Made by a program: the position numbers and the translations under genes. The notes below the pieces were generated by a model. The model saw only the letters and a list, made by a program, of their open reading frames with translations. It had not been told where the DNA came from and did not search any database. A stretch of DNA of 64,000 nucleotides from an uncultured candidate division Zixibacteria bacterium (GTDB taxonomy: Bacteria; Zixibacteria; MSB-5A5; UBA10806), in NCBI GenBank assembly GCA_963817915.1, contig CAWFQL010000011.1:224001-288000 (forward strand). The letters are read 5' to 3'. This document shows, in pieces, positions 60,714 to 64,000 of the stretch (position 1 is the first letter of the stretch; every line of letters starts with the position of its first letter).

Positions 60714-61612
60714 ACAAAAAATATTAGTAATCGATATAGGCACCAATTCAGTCCTGGCATTGCTGGCAGTCGTTAAGGACGGCAAGCTTGTAATAATCTC
60801 CGATCAAAAAAAGACGACAAAGCTCGGCGAGGGTCTAATGATGTCTGGTCTGCTTTCTTATGACGCCATGAACCGCACGACCGATGCTATTTCGAAATTT
60901 ATTGCCGATTCGCCATGCAATGATATCATGCTGATAGGTACTGAGGCTCTAAGAATCGCCAAAAACTCTCCTGATTTTGCTCAAATGCTTTTTGAAAAGA
61001 CCGGCCAAATGCTATCAATTATTTCCGGTGAAATTGAGGCTGAGCTGTCATATCTAGGTGCGACTTATGATTTTAATAAACTTACAGGATGATGTTTTAC
61101 TAATCGATGTCGGCGGGGGATCGACAGAACTTGTCCGGGCTCTAAATGGTATTATAAAGATTACTAAAAGTATACCATTGGGAGCCCTAAAGCTCAAGGA
61201 ATTGGCGAAAGAGGATTCTCTGGACGCCTATATCGCTATTGCCCAAAGAGCGTTCGCAAATAATTTGCAGAATTTAGAAATGGGAACTGAAACTTTGATC
61301 ATATCGACCGGTGGCACAATTACATCGCTGGCCGCAATATTTCAAAATCAGATGGAGTATGATTCCCATGCAATACATGGAATAATATTGCAGTTAGCTC
61401 AGATAAGAAAGATTGCCGATTTATTCCAGTCAAATGATACCGAGAAAAAGCGAAAACTTATACCATTTGATCCAGATCGAGCCGATATAATTCTGCCCGG
61501 CGCGGGAATATACTTGACCCTGATGGGTATATTGAACAAGAAAGAGTTGGCGGTTTCGACTGGCGGCCTTAGATTCGGCGCGGCGCTTAATCCTGGGAAA
61601 ATAACAGCTTGA
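60706..61612 (+). CDS. ppx: Ppx/GppA exopolyphosphatase family protein; +1 indel near 61078-61082
   Basis: VIDIGTNS, T.LGEG, TEALR.A.N, ISG..EAELSYLG, IDVGGGSTE, S.PLG, TGGT.T, RAD.I..G, GLR.G. Confidence 0.9.
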
Positions 61613-61636
61613 CATTGAATCTAATTATGGTAAATT
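61609..61636 (+). promoter_or_regulatory. Possible sigma70 promoter
   Basis: TTGACA-N16-TAAATT with an extended -10 TG. Confidence 0.45.
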
Positions 61637-61718
61637 TATCGCCAGCAGGAGGACGCCTATTCAATATTGCTAAAGTGTTGTGCGAAAAGAATAAAAAATC
61701 AAACTTAATAGGCGGCCT

Positions 61719-62189
61719 ATGTATTTTCCCAAGACCATCCTGATAATATTTATAATTATATTGCCATTATTTATTTCCTGTGGAATCGGAAGCGATTCAA
61801 ATCCGATTACGACTTCAATGGTGGATACGCCAGCGTTTGAAAATATTCCAATTTTATCCAACGTATTAACCCCGGATTCTATTAGTCGTGTTTCCCCGGA
61901 AACAACTTATATATTTGCGGATGCGCATAATACTCATGATTTTGGAAGAATCGATACAGTCTATTTTATTGTGACGAGACCGGACAGTACTTCTAATGGA
62001 ATCGCTTTTCTGCTTCATGACGATGGTCTTCATGGCGATTCATTGATGGGGGATGGCAGATTTACATTGGGCATCCAATTGCAGAGTCCAACTCCACCTC
62101 CGCCCGGCCGTTACGAATTTACATTTACCGCTAAGAATTCATTGGGCTTCTACGCGGAGCCTGTAATGAAAGTTATAATCATATATTAA
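61719..62189 (+). CDS. Putative lipoprotein with a DDG..GD...DG.F motif (choice-of-anchor X-like Ig domain)
   Basis: Hydrophobic signal with lipobox-like FIS-C; LHDDGLHGDSLMGDGRFT; G.Y.F.F.A. Confidence 0.6.
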   Translation: MYFPKTILIIFIIILPLFISCGIGSDSNPITTSMVDTPAFENIPILSNVLTPDSISRVSPETTYIFADAHNTHDFGRIDTVYFIVTRPDSTSNGIAFLLHDDGLHGDSLMGDGRFTLGIQLQSPTPPPPGRYEFTFTAKNSLGFYAEPVMKVIIIY

Positions 62190-62197
62190 GGACGAAT

Positions 62198-63691
62198 ATG
62201 AGAAAAACCGTATTTTTAATTATTCTGCTTTTTCCCGCATTAGTCTTGGCGGAAAAAACAATTACACTTGATGGTGGAGTCTCCGGGCTGACATCGAATT
62301 CGCTTATCGATATCGCGCATGATTCTTCGTCGGTCTGGCTTGGCACCGGCGGCGGCGCATCGGTAACAACAGATAGTGGAGCTCACTGGACAACCTATAA
62401 AACTCCTACGCTGCCTCAGGATGAAGTCTCAGCCCTCGCCGTTAATAATCACGGTGTCTGGGTATCAAGCTCTCGTTCGGAGGTCAGAAACAGCGAATCA
62501 ATTCCGATTGGTTCCGGAATATCATTGACAGTTGATGGCGGCCTGACATGGCAGACATTCTCCCCAAGGCAGGCTACCTGGTACGGTGAGCTGGCATATG
62601 ATCTGGCGGCCTACGATACAATAGCATTTGCTTCATGCTTTTACGGCGGACTGATCAGAACCACTGATAAGGGTCAGACGTGGCAGAATCTTTTTCCGTC
62701 ACAGCTCGATTCCATTAATTCCGATTCGGTAGATTATTATTTAAATAATTTCAACCGTTACTCGAATAGAATGTTTTCTGTACAGGTAGATACAATTGGA
62801 TTTCCGGATACCTTTTCGGTTTGGGCAGGTTCCGCGGCAGGGATATATCAATTCTTTTTCGTAGACCATGACACATTACCGGGCCCTCGCCATTATCCGA
62901 CTTATCCCGATTCGATCGCGCGTTATTTCCGCGAAGATACATTGGTAGTGGATAGTCTCAAGCTGCCGGGCAATTTTGTAGTCGCATTAGGTATTCAGAA
63001 ATTTGGCTCGACCAAAACCATCTGGGCGGGCTGTCGTCCGGCGAATTCAGGATACATGCAGGTGGCATTCTCGCAGGATGGCGGTCATAATTGGCATACC
63101 GCGGATATCGGCGGACTCACGAGCAGTGTCGAGGCATGGGATTTCGCGTTTGCGTCCGATACGGTGTATGTCGCGACCAATAGCGGTCTTTTTAGATCAT
63201 CAGGTGATTATTCCACCTGGGTGTTAATGTCCGGTTTCAGAGATCCGGCGCATCAAACATTCTATCAGGATAATGCCCCATTCTATTCAGTAGATATTGT
63301 TGACGGCACTTTATGGGCGGGCGGCACCGATGGCTTGATTAAATCCGAGGCTGGCGGAGGCTGGCAGGTATTCAGGTCGAGCCGCGATGCGGTCAATCAT
63401 TACGCTTACCCGTCGCCATTCTCGCCGCACAATTCAACCAGAAGGGGCACCACGATTCACTTTATGCCGACTTCAACCACGACCGCCACTGTAAAGGTAT
63501 TGGATCGGAATCTCGATCTCGTAAAGACCGTAGCATCGGATATACAGCGATTAGGCGGCGTAGAATCGGACGATATTGTCTGGGACGGCCGCAATGAAAA
63601 AGGAGATCTCGTGGCTAACGGCATTTATTACTATCGAATATTGCTTGGCACCGGCGAAGATCTCTGGGGAAAGATTGTGGTGATAAAATGA
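62198..63691 (+). CDS. Secreted beta-propeller (BNR/Asp-box repeats) with a C-terminal FlgD-Ig/T9SS-like sorting domain
   Basis: Signal peptide; repeats TTDSGAHW, TVDGGLTW, TTDKGQTW, SQDGGHNW; C-terminal AYPSPFSP…VWDGRNE.G..VANGIYYY. Confidence 0.8.
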   Translation: MRKTVFLIILLFPALVLAEKTITLDGGVSGLTSNSLIDIAHDSSSVWLGTGGGASVTTDSGAHWTTYKTPTLPQDEVSALAVNNHGVWVSSSRSEVRNSESIPIGSGISLTVDGGLTWQTFSPRQATWYGELAYDLAAYDTIAFASCFYGGLIRTTDKGQTWQNLFPSQLDSINSDSVDYYLNNFNRYSNRMFSVQVDTIGFPDTFSVWAGSAAGIYQFFFVDHDTLPGPRHYPTYPDSIARYFREDTLVVDSLKLPGNFVVALGIQKFGSTKTIWAGCRPANSGYMQVAFSQDGGHNWHTADIGGLTSSVEAWDFAFASDTVYVATNSGLFRSSGDYSTWVLMSGFRDPAHQTFYQDNAPFYSVDIVDGTLWAGGTDGLIKSEAGGGWQVFRSSRDAVNHYAYPSPFSPHNSTRRGTTIHFMPTSTTTATVKVLDRNLDLVKTVASDIQRLGGVESDDIVWDGRNEKGDLVANGIYYYRILLGTGEDLWGKIVVIK

Positions 63692-64000
63692 ACAAAATAA
63701 AATATATAATAGCGATTATCGCCCTGATGTTCTCTATAAGCCATGCCGACGGCGATGGCGGCACCGCGGGTGCATTTTTGAATGGCGGAATTGGAGCCAG
63801 GCCGCTTGGAATGGGTCGGGCATTTACGGCGGTTGCCGAGGGACCTGAGGCCACCTATTACAATCCTGCCGGATTGGGGTTTCTGGTAAAGCCGACCTTA
63901 AGCATGACCTATCAGACTCTATCATTAGACCGGCATTATGGATTTGTGGCTGTCTCATTCCCGATAAAGAATGAAGCCGCGATGGGGCTAAGCTGGATTA
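63688..64000 (+). CDS. PorV/PorQ-like outer-membrane beta-barrel protein, 3'-partial
   Basis: Signal peptide then AFL..GIGARPLGMG.AFTAVA....ATYYNPAGLG, typical of the PorV/FadL-like N-terminus; runs off the window end. Confidence 0.75.
   Translation, partial: MNKIKYIIAIIALMFSISHADGDGGTAGAFLNGGIGARPLGMGRAFTAVAEGPEATYYNPAGLGFLVKPTLSMTYQTLSLDRHYGFVAVSFPIKNEAAMGLSWI

Noticed and set aside
61637..61718. Possible riboswitch in the leader with CGCCTATT…AATAGGCG pairing
   Set aside because: Only one 8-bp long-range pairing plus a weak hairpin; no recognisable aptamer consensus
1244..63854. Numerous minus-strand and alternate-frame ORFs in the six-frame track
   Set aside because: They overlap well-supported + strand genes and show no recognisable motifs, so they are shadow ORFs

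Overview
All coding genes in this window lie on the + strand. Positions 1-44.8 kb hold a large flagellar cluster: flgE-flbD-fliLMNOPQR-flhBAFG-fliA, then a signalling cassette (DUF2225-like protein, PilZ brake, four stand-alone receivers, two degenerate kinase-like proteins and a mini MCP-tip-like protein), then flgFGAHIJNK-csrA-flgL-fliW, a probable flagellin glycosylation island (TPR glycosyltransferases, epimerase, DegT aminotransferase), and fliC-fliD-fliS-chaperone-flgM-like-HDOD. Sigma54 and sigma28 promoter motifs and a CsrA-type fliC leader are visible. Positions 45-58 kb are housekeeping: tRNA-Val, thrS-infC-rpmI-rplT-pheST, zapBA, rny, ymdB-like, folD, xseA, a MerR regulator and tRNA-Pro. 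The end carries an SPFH/zinc-ribbon pair, a Ppx/GppA gene and exported proteins (FlgD-Ig/T9SS-like C-terminus, PorV-like). These suggest a diderm FCB-related or Zixibacteria-like bacterium, which is inference only. About ten genes, including essential thrS and folD, are broken by single-base indels, most likely read or assembly errors. The most unusual items are the signalling cassette with no intact kinase, a FlhG lacking both Walker A lysines, a FlgM-like protein with a duplicated sigma28-binding motif, and a candidate Thr-codon attenuator upstream of thrS.
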